Source: Candidatus Wallbacteria bacterium (lineage in GTDB: Bacteria; Muiribacteriota; UBA9980). Taken from it: DNA of 64,000 nucleotides. Of this stretch, positions 38,232-48,779 are shown piece by piece. Position numbers and translations under genes: made by a program. The notes beneath the pieces are model-generated. The model was not told the DNA's origin and ran no database searches. It was given only the letters and a program-made list of their open reading frames with translations. The number at the start of each line of letters is the position of its first letter. The first letter of the stretch is position 1. The stretch covers positions 66,539-130,538 of the forward strand of contig JASDSY010000032.1 in NCBI GenBank assembly GCA_041441465.1. The letters run 5' to 3'.

Positions 38232-41200
38232 TTATTTTATGGTTTTCCTTTCTTTATCCGATATTTTAATCGAAAAATATGTAGATTTCACGGTGTTATC
38301 CGTTGAAATTAAGGTGCCCATCAATTTTATCGTGGCCGGGTTATTCGGCGCCATAAATATATTATCGGTAATAATGCCGCCGCCTGATATTATAAGCCAG
38401 TTTAATTTGACTGCTTCCGTTGTTTTATCTGAATATTTTGCGGTTGCGGTTAAGTTGTTAAGATTATACGATCCGCCTATCGTTACTTCATCTGTGGTTT
38501 TATTCAGTGAAATTCCGGTAAGCTGGATTTTAGAGCCCGGAAGCGTCACTTTTAATTTGAATTGAACGTTCTGCGTTATGCCGGCCGCCGTATATATTGC
38601 AGTAAGCACTGCGGTTTCAGCTTTTAACGAAGGAATGTAAACTTTTCCGTTTAAATTTCCGCTGCCTGATGAAAGCAGCCATGTCATATTCGGATTATTC
38701 GTTATTTCTTCTGTATCGCCGTTTGAAAATTTTGCGTAAATTTTTAAATTGGCCGATAAGTCGTATGGCGTGTTGATTTGCGTTTCGCCTGTCGGCGCGC
38801 TTAAATAAATTGATGTTAGCGCTTTTACTTTAAGTCGGAAATAGGCTGAATTGGCGGTTTCTGACTTTATGTGGCGGACTAAAAATACAGCGGTTTCAGC
38901 AATGGCAGGCGCGGTGTATATATTTTCGTTAAAAATTCCGGCGCCGGATACGAGCGACCATTTTATTTCCTGGTTTTTGGTGACATTTTTTTTGGCGCCG
39001 TCTGAAAGTTTATTAGTAACAATAATATTTTTTGAGAGATTATACATCGAGCAGCTTGGTGTCGTATCGGCGGTTTTGCTGACAGAGAGAGTCGAAGGTT
39101 CAGTTATTTTTAAAGTGAATTTTGCGGTTTTAGTAATGCCGGATTCGGAATATGCCGCCATAATTACAGCTTTTTCAGGGTTGCCCGGCGTGATATAAAC
39201 CGGCCCGTCGAGTTTTCCTTTTCCTGAAACCAGTTCCCATTTTAATGCCGGCGAATTGGTTACTTCTTGAGTAGCTCTAATTGAGTATGCGGCTTTGATG
39301 ATTAATTCCGAGCAGAGATTATATGCCGCTGGAAGTTGAATCTCATCAGTTTTCTTACTTAAAAATATCGATTTTAAGGCGTTTACTTTGAGCTTGAATA
39401 ACGCGGTTTTAGTCATCCCGCCAATTTGGTGTCTCGCTAAAAATACTGCCGTTTCAGTCGTATCGGAAGCCGTATATATCGTTCCGTAAAATTTACCTTT
39501 TCCTGAAATTAATTTCCAGGAGGTGTTAGGATCGTTTGTCAAAATGCCGGAGGTGCTGTCTGAAAATCTTCCCGTAACAGTTAAATTAGAGGCAAGATCA
39601 TAACTTGAGCAACTTTGAATTTCGTCCGTCGATTTATTGAGTATGATAGAATTAAGTCCTATTGTTTTCAATTTGAATTTTGCGGTTTTAGTGACGCCGG
39701 CCTCTGAATATGATGCCATAAATACTGCAGTTTCGGTTTTGGCCGGCGGGGCGTATGCGGAGCCGTTAAGGATTCCGCATCCTGAAATTAATTTCCATGA
39801 TAATTCCGGAGAATGAGTTACGTCGAGATTTTTTTTATTCGAATATTTTGCATTCACTTTTACTTCAGAGTTAAGGTCATAAACTGAAGATACGCATACA
39901 TCGTCATAAGCTTTGCTTAAGCTGATAGATGTCAGTGAATTTACTTTCAGCCTGAAATAAGCCCGGCCTGATATTCCGCTTCCGCCATGTGATACTAAAA
40001 ATACGGCAGTTTCTGTTGACGCCGGAGCGAAATAAATAGTTCCCGATAAATTTCCTTTTCCTGAAATTAATGTCCATGCCGTTTCAGGAGTGTTATTTAT
40101 ATTTTGTTCTGTGCCGTCCGGAAATTTGCTTATAATCGAGAGCTTTGAAAGATCGTACCGGGCGCCGCCCTGAATTTCGTCCGTTGTAATATTTAAAAAT
40201 ATTGATGGCTGTTCGGTAATTTTTAAGATAAATTCCGCTGTTTTTGAAACTCCGGATTCTGAATATGACGCTGAAAATATTGCAGTTTCGGTATTTCCAG
40301 GCGGCGAATAAATATTTCCGTTAAGCGTTCCGCTGCCTGAAATTAAGGTCCATGCAAGCATCGGCGAGTGTGTTATCTCTTTCGTGGATTGGTCTGAATA
40401 ATGGGCTTCAGCGATTAATTCGGAACCGAGGTCATAACCAGCGGGAAGTTGTATTTCATCGGTAGCCCGGTTTAATGAAATCGAACGCAACCCGTTAATT
40501 GTAAGAGCGAATGCCGCTTTTTTCGTAATGCCGGACTCTGTATAAATCGCTGTAAAAACAGCTGTTTCGGTATTGGATGCCGGGGTATAAACTGTTCCGT
40601 TGAGCGTTCCGCCGCCGGAAACTTCCCAGATAATGCCGTCTCGGGAACTGATTTCGCGTGTGCTGCCGTCTGCGTAATTTGCGGTCGACGTTAGTTCAGA
40701 ATCGAGATTAAATTGCGCAGGCATTTGAATTTCAGCTGTCGTCCGGCTTAGCGATATGAATTCCAGGCCGTTTACTTTGAGCCGGAATAATGCCAGCCGG
40801 GATATTCCGTTTTCTGAATGTGCGGCCGTGAGCACAACTGTTTCCGATTTTTTTACTGACGTATATACTGTTCCGCTGATGCTGCCGCCGCCGGAATATA
40901 TTTGCCAGACAGGAGTTATTATTTTAGGTTCATTGCCGGCTGATAATGCAGTGGCTGTTATCTTTTCCGAGAGATTATAAGACGACAATGTGCTTATTTC
41001 ATCAGTGATCGAGCTTAAAACAATTTTAGATAATCCCGGCGGTTGAGTAGCGGCTGTATTTGAGTCCTGGGCGCTTAACTTATCGTTGAGGCTTTTTTCA
41101 AGCTCGGCATAATATTTTTCTTCGTCCGCTTCACTTAAAAACGAAAGCTTTGACGTGACGCTTTTTTCACTGCTTGGAAATGCCGGTATTACAGAAGTAT

Positions 41201-41324
41201 TTTTACTGCCGCCGCATCCGGCGCATAAAATAATTACCATTCCCAAATATATAAGAAAAATGACCTTGTCCGCTAATTTCATAAAAGGATTTTCCCCTCG
41301 ATTTTTGAGTTGATAGTATATCAC
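38232..41324 (-). CDS. Large surface lipoprotein with ~9-10 tandem Ig-like (Big-type) repeats
   Basis: 1030 aa. Lipobox 'ILCAGCGGS'. An ~95-aa repeat recurs with the consensus '...W.LISG.G.LNG.VY..P....ETAVF.A.Y.ESG..K.A.F.LK...'. Confidence 0.6.
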   Translation of the reverse strand: MIYYQLKNRGENPFMKLADKVIFLIYLGMVIILCAGCGGSKNTSVIPAFPSSEKSVTSKLSFLSEADEEKYYAELEKSLNDKLSAQDSNTAATQPPGLSKIVLSSITDEISTLSSYNLSEKITATALSAGNEPKIITPVWQIYSGGGSISGTVYTSVKKSETVVLTAAHSENGISRLALFRLKVNGLEFISLSRTTAEIQMPAQFNLDSELTSTANYADGSTREISSRDGIIWEVSGGGTLNGTVYTPASNTETAVFTAIYTESGITKKAAFALTINGLRSISLNRATDEIQLPAGYDLGSELIAEAHYSDQSTKEITHSPMLAWTLISGSGTLNGNIYSPPGNTETAIFSASYSESGVSKTAEFILKITEQPSIFLNITTDEIQGGARYDLSKLSIISKFPDGTEQNINNTPETAWTLISGKGNLSGTIYFAPASTETAVFLVSHGGSGISGRAYFRLKVNSLTSISLSKAYDDVCVSSVYDLNSEVKVNAKYSNKKNLDVTHSPELSWKLISGCGILNGSAYAPPAKTETAVFMASYSEAGVTKTAKFKLKTIGLNSIILNKSTDEIQSCSSYDLASNLTVTGRFSDSTSGILTNDPNTSWKLISGKGKFYGTIYTASDTTETAVFLARHQIGGMTKTALFKLKVNALKSIFLSKKTDEIQLPAAYNLCSELIIKAAYSIRATQEVTNSPALKWELVSGKGKLDGPVYITPGNPEKAVIMAAYSESGITKTAKFTLKITEPSTLSVSKTADTTPSCSMYNLSKNIIVTNKLSDGAKKNVTKNQEIKWSLVSGAGIFNENIYTAPAIAETAVFLVRHIKSETANSAYFRLKVKALTSIYLSAPTGETQINTPYDLSANLKIYAKFSNGDTEEITNNPNMTWLLSSGSGNLNGKVYIPSLKAETAVLTAIYTAAGITQNVQFKLKVTLPGSKIQLTGISLNKTTDEVTIGGSYNLNNLTATAKYSDKTTEAVKLNWLIISGGGIITDNIFMAPNNPATIKLMGTLISTDNTVKSTYFSIKISDKERKTIK

Positions 41325-41654
41325 AAAAATTTTGGCATTAAAATTATTATTTTCTGGTTATTATAATTTTTTATATGCGTCAATTTAAAATCATTTTTAA
41401 GGTTTTATCACTATTTTATTTTGCATATTCAATCATTTTGATTTTTTAGGCATATTAAATTTATATGCGGATTAATTTAGCAATTATACTGCAAGACAAA
41501 TTTAAGGACAAGTGCCGTTGTTTTTTTCATAACAATGTGTTAGACTTTCATTTTGAATAAATGTGAATAAAATTTTAGTGAAGCTTTGGCGTATTTTTTG
41601 AATATTTTATTGTAGTATTAATAAAACAGTAAAAATAAAAAAGAGGGAAAGTCA

Positions 41655-41906
41655 GTGAGCAAATTAATAGAGATGCCGAATATCGGAAAAGTAGCGGAAA
41701 ATCTTCTAATAAAAACCGGTATCGATACGCCGGAAAAACTTATTGCAATCGGCAGCAAGGAAGCCTTTTTAAAAATAAGGAATATCGATCCTTCAGCTTG
41801 TCTTCATATGCTTTATGGTCTTGAAGGAGCTGTCTTGGGAATCAGGGATACGAAGCTTTCGCCTGAAAAAAAGCTTGAATTAAAGGAATTTTTTTATTCA
41901 CTTTAA
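41655..41906 (+). CDS. TfoX/Sxy C-terminal-domain protein (HhH DNA-binding fold)
   Basis: 83 aa. 'LPNIGKVAENLLIKTGIDTPEKLIAIGSKEAFLKI' resembles the TfoX_C helix-hairpin-helix domain. Confidence 0.45.
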   Translation: MSKLIEMPNIGKVAENLLIKTGIDTPEKLIAIGSKEAFLKIRNIDPSACLHMLYGLEGAVLGIRDTKLSPEKKLELKEFFYSL

Positions 41907-42148
41907 TTATAAGATATGAAAGAATGCCGTGATTTATTAAACTTAACTGCTAGCCGGCAAGGTGTTTGACAAGCGGCAGGTTTAGGGTTGGTAAATATGG
42001 CGTTGTATTAAATAAGCCTGGAAGATTCTTTTAGTTTTATAATCTGCAAATGCCGCAAATATGTTTTTTTACGGCATTTACAGAGTTTTTACTTGACCAT
42101 TTCAAATTTATTAAACGGTATTCAAAAATTTAAACTTAATTTGAAGTA

Positions 42149-43309
42149 TTAAAGTGCCATTTCGAGAATTTTACGGCTTATTTCCAGAGTCAGGTCATGA
42201 GTTTCTGATAAAGCTTTCATTCCGTGTTTATCTAAAGCATTAACAATATCATCTATTTTATCGGGCGTGACTTTATAATCTGATAAACGTGTTTTAATTC
42301 CAAGGCTTTCAAAAAATTCACGTGTCTTTTTTATGGCAAGTTCTATTCTTTCATCTTCGGTTCCTTCTTTTATATCAAGAACTCGTTCTGCATATTGCAG
42401 TAATTTTGCGCGTTTTTGTGTTTTGCGCACCGACCAGATCGCCGGCTGCAGTATCGCAAGTGTTTTACCGTGATCAATGCCGAACATAGCTGTTAATTCA
42501 TGGCCAATCATGTGTGTTGTCCAATCTTGCGGAACGCCGGCGCCTATAAGCCCGTTTAATGCCATAGTCGAGCACCACAAGAGATTAGCCCTGGCATCGT
42601 AATTTGTCGGATCGGCTATATTTTGCTGGCCGATTTCAATTAAAGTTTTTAATATTCCTTCCGCGGTTCTATCCTGAAATCTTCCTTCGGCAGGAAATGT
42701 GACATATTGTTCGACCGTATGTATAAATGTGTCAACCACGCCGTTGGCAACTTGAGTGGCCGGCAGCGAATATGTAAGGGTCGGATCGAGAAACGAAAAA
42801 CGCGGAAATGAGGTTTTGCTAAAAACAGGAAATTTGCCGTGATTATGGCTTATTACAGCTCCGTTGTTCATTTCTGAACCGGTAGCCGGGAGAGTTACAA
42901 CCGTTCCGAGCGGCAGCGCGCCCGGTACATCTACAGGAATAAAGCCTGAACTTAATAATTCTTCAGCATTTCCCCCTTTATACGCCGAAGCAAGAGAAAT
43001 GAATTTTGTTCCGTCCATTACCGAACCGCCGCCTACCGCAAGTAAAAAATCTATGTTTTCTTTTTTTACGATCTCGACGGCTTTCATTAATGTTGAAAAT
43101 TGCGGATTCGGTTCAATTCCGCCAAATTCAAAAACTTTACGGCCGCCAAGGCCTTTTAAAACTTTTTGCAGCGTGCCGAATTTTTTAACGCTGCCGCCGC
43201 CGTATAATACAAGAACTTTTGCATCTTTCGGTACGAAGTTGTCAAGTTCGTTCAGGCGGTCTTTGCCAAAAATAATATGGGTCGGGTTATAAAAATTAAA
43301 ATTATACAT
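42149..43309 (-). CDS. Iron-containing (group III) alcohol dehydrogenase
   Basis: 386 aa. 'GGGSVMDGTK' (GGGSxxD) NAD-binding motif and a downstream His-rich metal site (HMIGHELT, GIDHGKTLA). Confidence 0.8.
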   Translation of the reverse strand: MYNFNFYNPTHIIFGKDRLNELDNFVPKDAKVLVLYGGGSVKKFGTLQKVLKGLGGRKVFEFGGIEPNPQFSTLMKAVEIVKKENIDFLLAVGGGSVMDGTKFISLASAYKGGNAEELLSSGFIPVDVPGALPLGTVVTLPATGSEMNNGAVISHNHGKFPVFSKTSFPRFSFLDPTLTYSLPATQVANGVVDTFIHTVEQYVTFPAEGRFQDRTAEGILKTLIEIGQQNIADPTNYDARANLLWCSTMALNGLIGAGVPQDWTTHMIGHELTAMFGIDHGKTLAILQPAIWSVRKTQKRAKLLQYAERVLDIKEGTEDERIELAIKKTREFFESLGIKTRLSDYKVTPDKIDDIVNALDKHGMKALSETHDLTLEISRKILEMAL

Positions 43310-43363
43310 AAATTATTTCTCCTTAAAAATTTATTGAACACAGTTTATATAGGTTGTGAATGA

Positions 43364-43906
43364 TTATTTTATGTTTTTTCCTGCTTCATACGCCTCTTTC
43401 ATAGCAGGTTTTCCTTTAATATCGCCTGCCTGCCACGCGCCTGTCCCGTAAATTACCCCTTTTTCCTTCGCACCTTCGAGGCATGACGTGAATCCCCTGA
43501 ACCCTTCCAGCGTCCTTTCCATAGCGTGTTTGTTGTTATCAGCTGCCGCCACTATAAAATAGAATTCTTTGTTCTCGATTTCGGTATAACGTGAACATGT
43601 CCGGTCTATAACTGTTTTCATTTGCGCGTCCATAGTGTAAAAATATACCGGGGTTGCCATTACAATTACGTCGGCAGCAATCATTTTTTCCAATAATTCA
43701 GCCATATCGTCTTTTTGAGGGCACCTTTTTTTGCTGTTATAGCACGCGCCGCAGCCTGTACAGTAATTTATCTTTTTTCCGCCTAAAAATATTTTTTCGG
43801 CTTCGTTTCCGGCTTCACTGGCGCCCTTCAGAAACTGGTCGCATAAAACATCAGAATTACCGCCTTTTCTTGGGCTCAATGATAAAATTAAAACTTTTTT
43901 ACTCAT
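43364..43906 (-). CDS. Flavodoxin-like NAD(P)H-dependent FMN reductase / iron-sulfur flavoprotein-type protein
   Basis: 180 aa. 'KVLILSLSPRKGGNS' flavodoxin-like FMN loop and a compact Cys cluster 'CTGCGAC...C'. Confidence 0.55.
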   Translation of the reverse strand: MSKKVLILSLSPRKGGNSDVLCDQFLKGASEAGNEAEKIFLGGKKINYCTGCGACYNSKKRCPQKDDMAELLEKMIAADVIVMATPVYFYTMDAQMKTVIDRTCSRYTEIENKEFYFIVAAADNNKHAMERTLEGFRGFTSCLEGAKEKGVIYGTGAWQAGDIKGKPAMKEAYEAGKNIK

Positions 43907-44330
43907 TTGAGTTCTCCTTCAGCATATTGATTTTATGTTTTTGTTAATAGCGTGTGTTTGGTTTTCTTATTTTTATTATACGAAGTTAGAGTAACACGAA
44001 GTCAATAGAAAACTTAAAATATTTTAAAAAAATAGAAATGCTAAAATTTATGTTTAGTGATTTTTTTAATTTTATTGAATAAAACTTGAAGCTGCTTTAA
44101 GTTGGATTGAAAGTGCTGAAATATATATATATTGTTATTAATACTGATTAAATTCGGAGAAAAACTATTTTATTTTTAATTAACTTATTATTTATTATAA
44201 AAGATTAGAGTAACATGAAGTTAATAAAAAATAATATTTTTTATTACAGAATCATGGGTTGCATAGTTCGGTATTTTATTGTATAATATGAATTGTTAAA
44301 GTGACTTTAAGTGATGAGTGAGGATGGAAA

Positions 44331-44801
44331 ATGTTTCAAAAAGAATCGAAAATTAATAAGAAAACTGAAAATGTGGACGCAATAGTGCACAGCCGGGTTC
44401 CGAAATATACAGTTAAAGATATTTCAGAGATGCTTGGCATGTCGAAACATACTATCCGTTATTATGACAATGAAAATCTGCTTCCCTATGTTTCAAGAAG
44501 CGAAAGCAACATAAGATTATTTTCGGAATATGACATACAATGGCTGAAAACCGTTAACTGCCTGAGATATTCAGGGTTGACTATCGCGCAGATAAAAAAT
44601 TACATTCAAATGTGTCTTCAGGGCGATGAGACTATATCGGAACGCGCTCAGCTTATTTTTCAGCAGGAAAAAATACTCGAGGAAAAAGCGAAGGAAATTA
44701 ACGAACAACTCGAAGTAATAAGGTTTAAAAAAGCTTATTACGAAAAATTAATTATTGAAAAAGGCGTGGACATCTGGAATCCGTTAAACGAAAAAAATTG
44801 A
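44331..44801 (+). CDS. MerR family transcriptional regulator
   Basis: 156 aa. HTH 'YTVKDISEMLGMSKHTIRYYDNENLLP' (MerR signature) and a C-terminal coiled coil. Confidence 0.75.
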   Translation: MFQKESKINKKTENVDAIVHSRVPKYTVKDISEMLGMSKHTIRYYDNENLLPYVSRSESNIRLFSEYDIQWLKTVNCLRYSGLTIAQIKNYIQMCLQGDETISERAQLIFQQEKILEEKAKEINEQLEVIRFKKAYYEKLIIEKGVDIWNPLNEKN

Positions 44802-44933
44802 ATATATGCTAATGAACATAAGTTCATTAACCTATTTTCGGTTGGCAATAACATTCTAAAAGCGTTATTTTATATGTTAAATAATTACTAATTACTTATG
44901 AATTTGTCATTATATCCATAAAAAAATTTATTC

Positions 44934-46019
44934 CTATTTCAGAAAATTCTCAGTTTCATTGAGTATTTCAAATATCCTGCCATCATCAGAATCTGCAGTT
45001 CTACCCGTCAAATCCTTAAGCCATCTTTGGGGAATTCCCGACTTGCCATGCAGGGCGCCTAATACTGAACCGACTATCGCAGCTATAGTATCGTTATCAT
45101 AAGTATCGTTCACGGCCCGAATGATGGCTTTTTCAAAGTTATCGCCATGTTTCATCAAAATATAGAGTACGCATGGAACCGTTTCAAAAATATAAGCGCC
45201 TGAGTACCATTTATTGCAAGCATCAAGCACGCTCAAATTATTATTATACGCTTCACGGACTACTTTATCGATATATTGCCACAAGGTTCCTTTGTAATCA
45301 GCATAAGCACGGCTTCTTGGCTTATAATTGGAGTCACATTCAAATTCTTCCAGTGTCTCAACGAATTTTTCTAACCAGAACATAGGTTCAGGCGCCTTTT
45401 TCATATCAATAACCTGCCACAGCAGATTGACCAGCGCAAGACATGATGCAATTGCAGCGGAATCATTATGCGTGGTCATAGCGCATAAGACAGTATCTAC
45501 CCATAAATTTCCCTCTGCATGTTTTAAATGCGGTATTATTATTGGTGAAATTCTCATTAGTGAACCATTATCAGCCGATTTGGTCCCGGCTTCATACCAT
45601 TTTTTGCCTGCATAAATATTTCTAAGAAATTCACTTACCGTGTTGCCAATGCCAAATATTTTTTTCCCGGTGAAAGCTGAGGCGACCTTTTCCGGAACAT
45701 AATCATTATCTTTCAATATCCGATCCAATGTCCACGCGGTCATTTGAGTATCATCGGATGGAAAACCCTTTTTGGCACGCCCATATTTATTTAGCAGATA
45801 ATCAGTTACGATACTATGCTTTTTTAATCTATCCTGCGGCATCATACTTTCAGTTGTATTGCCAAGACTGTCGCCAACAGCCAGACCGAGCATCATTCCC
45901 TCAATTTTATCGAAGTTTACTTCTTCTTTACATTTGACCGGCGTATCAAATAAAACCGAATCTCTAATATCTATTTTTTTATCCAGCAGTAATTCCTCAA
46001 ATATAGTTTCGTTACTCAT
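44934..46019 (-). CDS. ADP-ribosylglycohydrolase (ARH/DraG family)
   Basis: 361 aa. 'GMMLGLAVGDSLGNTTE' is the metal-site motif of the ARH family. C-terminal 'AAIVGSVLGALHG' is also typical. Confidence 0.7.
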   Translation of the reverse strand: MSNETIFEELLLDKKIDIRDSVLFDTPVKCKEEVNFDKIEGMMLGLAVGDSLGNTTESMMPQDRLKKHSIVTDYLLNKYGRAKKGFPSDDTQMTAWTLDRILKDNDYVPEKVASAFTGKKIFGIGNTVSEFLRNIYAGKKWYEAGTKSADNGSLMRISPIIIPHLKHAEGNLWVDTVLCAMTTHNDSAAIASCLALVNLLWQVIDMKKAPEPMFWLEKFVETLEEFECDSNYKPRSRAYADYKGTLWQYIDKVVREAYNNNLSVLDACNKWYSGAYIFETVPCVLYILMKHGDNFEKAIIRAVNDTYDNDTIAAIVGSVLGALHGKSGIPQRWLKDLTGRTADSDDGRIFEILNETENFLK

Positions 46020-46255
46020 TATATTCCTGCCTTGTTTTTTATAATGTTATTTAAATATTTTTGTTTATAATACAGTGAGTATTCTAAATTATTTTTTTGA
46101 TTTTTGCAAGAATTGATTTTTGAATTATTCTGACAGTGTTCGTATTTAGCGCAATAATCCGGTTCTAAAAAATTCTTTTATTTTATATTTTTATGTTGTA
46201 TAATAAAAATTTAATATTAGAAAAACGATCTTTGGCATAATTTCAGGGGGGAATC

Positions 46256-47911
46256 ATGAAAAGAATTATAATTGTCAGTATTTCATTTATTTACATATTT
46301 TTTTCTGTGTTTTTAAGACCAACAGCAGCAGCCGATTTTGATATTCTTATTACCGGCGGGGCTGTTTACGACGGTTCTAAAAACGCTCCACGCATGACAG
46401 ATATCGGGATTATCGCGGATAAAATCGCCGCCGTCGGTGATCTTTCCAGAAGCAAAGCCAAAAAAGTCATTGATGCCAGTAAAATGATAGTCACTCCGGG
46501 TTTTATAGATGTACACAATCATTCTGATTTGATGTTTAGCATTGCCGGCGAAAAGCGGTATATGGCCATGCTCGTCCCCGCCTGGAAAGGTAATTATAAT
46601 TATATTACACAGGGCGTAACAACAATAGTCACCGGCCTTTGCGGTCTTGGATACTCCGATACAAACCAGTGGCTGGGCTTTACCGGCCTCATAAAATATG
46701 GTACAAACGTTTATCACCTGTTGCCTTACGGCGCTCTCCGGACAAAACTTTTCGGCCAGAACCAGCCTCGCGAACTTACAACGGACCAGCTTGAAAACCT
46801 CAAACAGAATGTTGAGAAGGAACTGCAAAACGGAGCATTAGGCGTTTCGGTAGGCCTTGAATACGCTCCTGATTGCTTTACCACAACGGACGAACTCGTA
46901 GAAATTGCAAAAGTTATCCAAAAACATGGCGGCGTCTATGTCGCTCACATTCGCGACAATACCGGAACAATCGGCAAAAATGGCGTACCCGGTGTGCTTA
47001 CGGCAATAAAAGAAACTATAGAAATAGGAAAGCGCGCGAAAGTTCCTGTGCATATCTCGCACATACAGCTTAATCTGCCGTGGAATAGCGTAGAAGCCAG
47101 ACAGATGTATGGCCTTATCGAAGAAGCGCGCCGCGAGGGCATTGATATAACCTGTGATCAGCATCCTTATGAGGCGGGATACGCGCCTCTTTCATACCGT
47201 CTTTCAGATGAATATAAATCAGCAAACGGCGTTAATGATAAATACAAAACCCCCGAAGGCCGTATTGCCTTAAAAAAAGACGCCGAAAGAATTTTTTCAT
47301 TTATGAGTCCTGACAGAATACTAATTACATTCTGCCCGGCGGATACTAAATATCAGAACAAAACTATCGCTGATATCGCAAAAATGGAAAATTGCACTCC
47401 AGCCGAATCTTATGTCAGACTTTGCTGTATGGCCAGCGTACCTTACGCGCTTTTTTTCGAGATAAGCGACAAAATAAACAGGGAAAATATGCCTCACGAT
47501 TATGTTTTCACCGTTTCCGACGGCTACACTGTTTTCAAACCAGGAATGTCGCCGCATCCCAGATTTTACGGATGTTTTCCAAGAAAAATAAAAAAGTTCG
47601 CAATTGAGGAAAAACTCATGAGCTTGAACGACGCTATACGGTCAATGACCTCGCTTCCGGCGGAGAAATTCGGTATTAAAGGCCGCGGAAGAATCGTTTC
47701 AGGCTGCTATGCTGATATAGCCGTTATCGATATAGATAAATTTACGGACCACGCTACATATACTGAGCGCGACCTATATTCAGAAGGAGTGAAATATCTT
47801 TTAGTGAATGGCGTATTTGCGATCGAAGACGGTAAAATTACCGATAAATGCGGCGGAAGGCCTTTGAAATTCAAAAATGTTAAAAATTTATTGAACCCAA
47901 AAAAGTTTTAA
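46256..47911 (+). CDS. N-acyl-D-amino-acid deacylase (D-aminoacylase), amidohydrolase superfamily, secreted
   Basis: 551 aa with signal peptide. 'DILITGGAVYDG...IVTPGFIDVHNHSD' (HxH metal site) and downstream 'VAHIRDN' / 'HISHIQ' His ligands are typical of D-aminoacylase-type amidohydrolases. Confidence 0.7.
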   Translation: MKRIIIVSISFIYIFFSVFLRPTAAADFDILITGGAVYDGSKNAPRMTDIGIIADKIAAVGDLSRSKAKKVIDASKMIVTPGFIDVHNHSDLMFSIAGEKRYMAMLVPAWKGNYNYITQGVTTIVTGLCGLGYSDTNQWLGFTGLIKYGTNVYHLLPYGALRTKLFGQNQPRELTTDQLENLKQNVEKELQNGALGVSVGLEYAPDCFTTTDELVEIAKVIQKHGGVYVAHIRDNTGTIGKNGVPGVLTAIKETIEIGKRAKVPVHISHIQLNLPWNSVEARQMYGLIEEARREGIDITCDQHPYEAGYAPLSYRLSDEYKSANGVNDKYKTPEGRIALKKDAERIFSFMSPDRILITFCPADTKYQNKTIADIAKMENCTPAESYVRLCCMASVPYALFFEISDKINRENMPHDYVFTVSDGYTVFKPGMSPHPRFYGCFPRKIKKFAIEEKLMSLNDAIRSMTSLPAEKFGIKGRGRIVSGCYADIAVIDIDKFTDHATYTERDLYSEGVKYLLVNGVFAIEDGKITDKCGGRPLKFKNVKNLLNPKKF

Positions 47912-47989
47912 GTTATAATATATCAAATTTAACTTTAACAGTATTCTTGAATATACTTGAACTGTACTAAAAAATACCTGGGTGATAAA

Positions 47990-48557
47990 TGGAAAATAAA
48001 AAAAGTTTATTTTTAAATGTTGTGACATCAGATATTAAAGAATCTTCAGTTTTTCTTGTGTTCGCAGGGGAAAAACTGCTGGTGAAAAAAATAAAACCGG
48101 CTATGGCTTTGTTAAATTTTCAGATATTTCAGCATATATAAAAGATATAAAACCCGTAACCACACATTTTATGGGAATTGACAATGAAATTAAGCATTAT
48201 TTTTTTCAGGCGCAAGATTCATTTAAAATTGAAAAAAACGGATTTGAATTTTACGATTTAAGAAGTTTGATGGTTCTTCTGGATCAATCTCAATTCATTT
48301 TTGTTTGCAAATCATCGCAGATATTACACTGGGACAAAACTACAAAATTTTGCGGCGAATGCGGATCAGAAACCAAACATTCACCGTCTGAACGCGCTCA
48401 GCTTATTTTCCAGCAGGAAAAAATACTCGAGGAAAAAGCTAAGGAAATTAATGAACAACTCGAGGTAATAAGGGTTAAAAAAGTTTATTATGAAAATTTA
48501 ATCATTGAAAAAGGCGTGGATATGTGGAATCCTTTTATTGAAAAAGACAGTGATTAA
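47990..48557 (+). pseudogene. Chimeric pseudogene: degenerate partial copy of nudC fused to a copy of the 3' end of the MerR-family gene
   Basis: 47990-48400 translates, with frame breaks and stops, to NudC-like peptide. Examples: 'ESSVFLVFAGEKLLVKK' against NudC 'ESSLFMVFADEKLLVKK', and 'LDQSQFIFVCKSSQILHWDKTTKFCGECGSETKHSPSERA' against NudC 'LDQSQFTMAGKAAQVLYWDKTTKFCGECGRKTKHSESERA'. 48400-48557 is ~90% identical at the DNA level to 44640-44801 (MerR C-terminus, 'SERAQLIFQQEKILEEKAKEINEQLEVIR'). The junction falls at the shared 'SERA' codons. Confidence 0.65.
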
Positions 48558-48673
48558 AAAATTATACCGATATAAAATTATTTAGTTGAATTTGTCTGAT
48601 AATTATTATAATAAGAATAACACGAAGATTATTTTTTTAGTTATTCATAAATTCATTTAATAAAAGACCCTAT

Positions 48674-48726
48674 GAAAAAACATTAAGCTCAAGACTGTTG
48701 TGAAATTTAAAGCCGTCTTGAGCTTA
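48674..48726 (-). terminator. Rho-independent terminator downstream of the precursor-peptide gene
   Basis: 12-bp stem taagctcaagac/gtcttgagctta with a 19-nt loop, followed on the minus strand by a T-run (plus-strand aaaaaa at 48675-48680). Confidence 0.7.
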
Positions 48727-48779
48727 ATTTATATATAGTTGTTTTATTTACTATAAAAATGTTTATAAAAAAATAAAGC

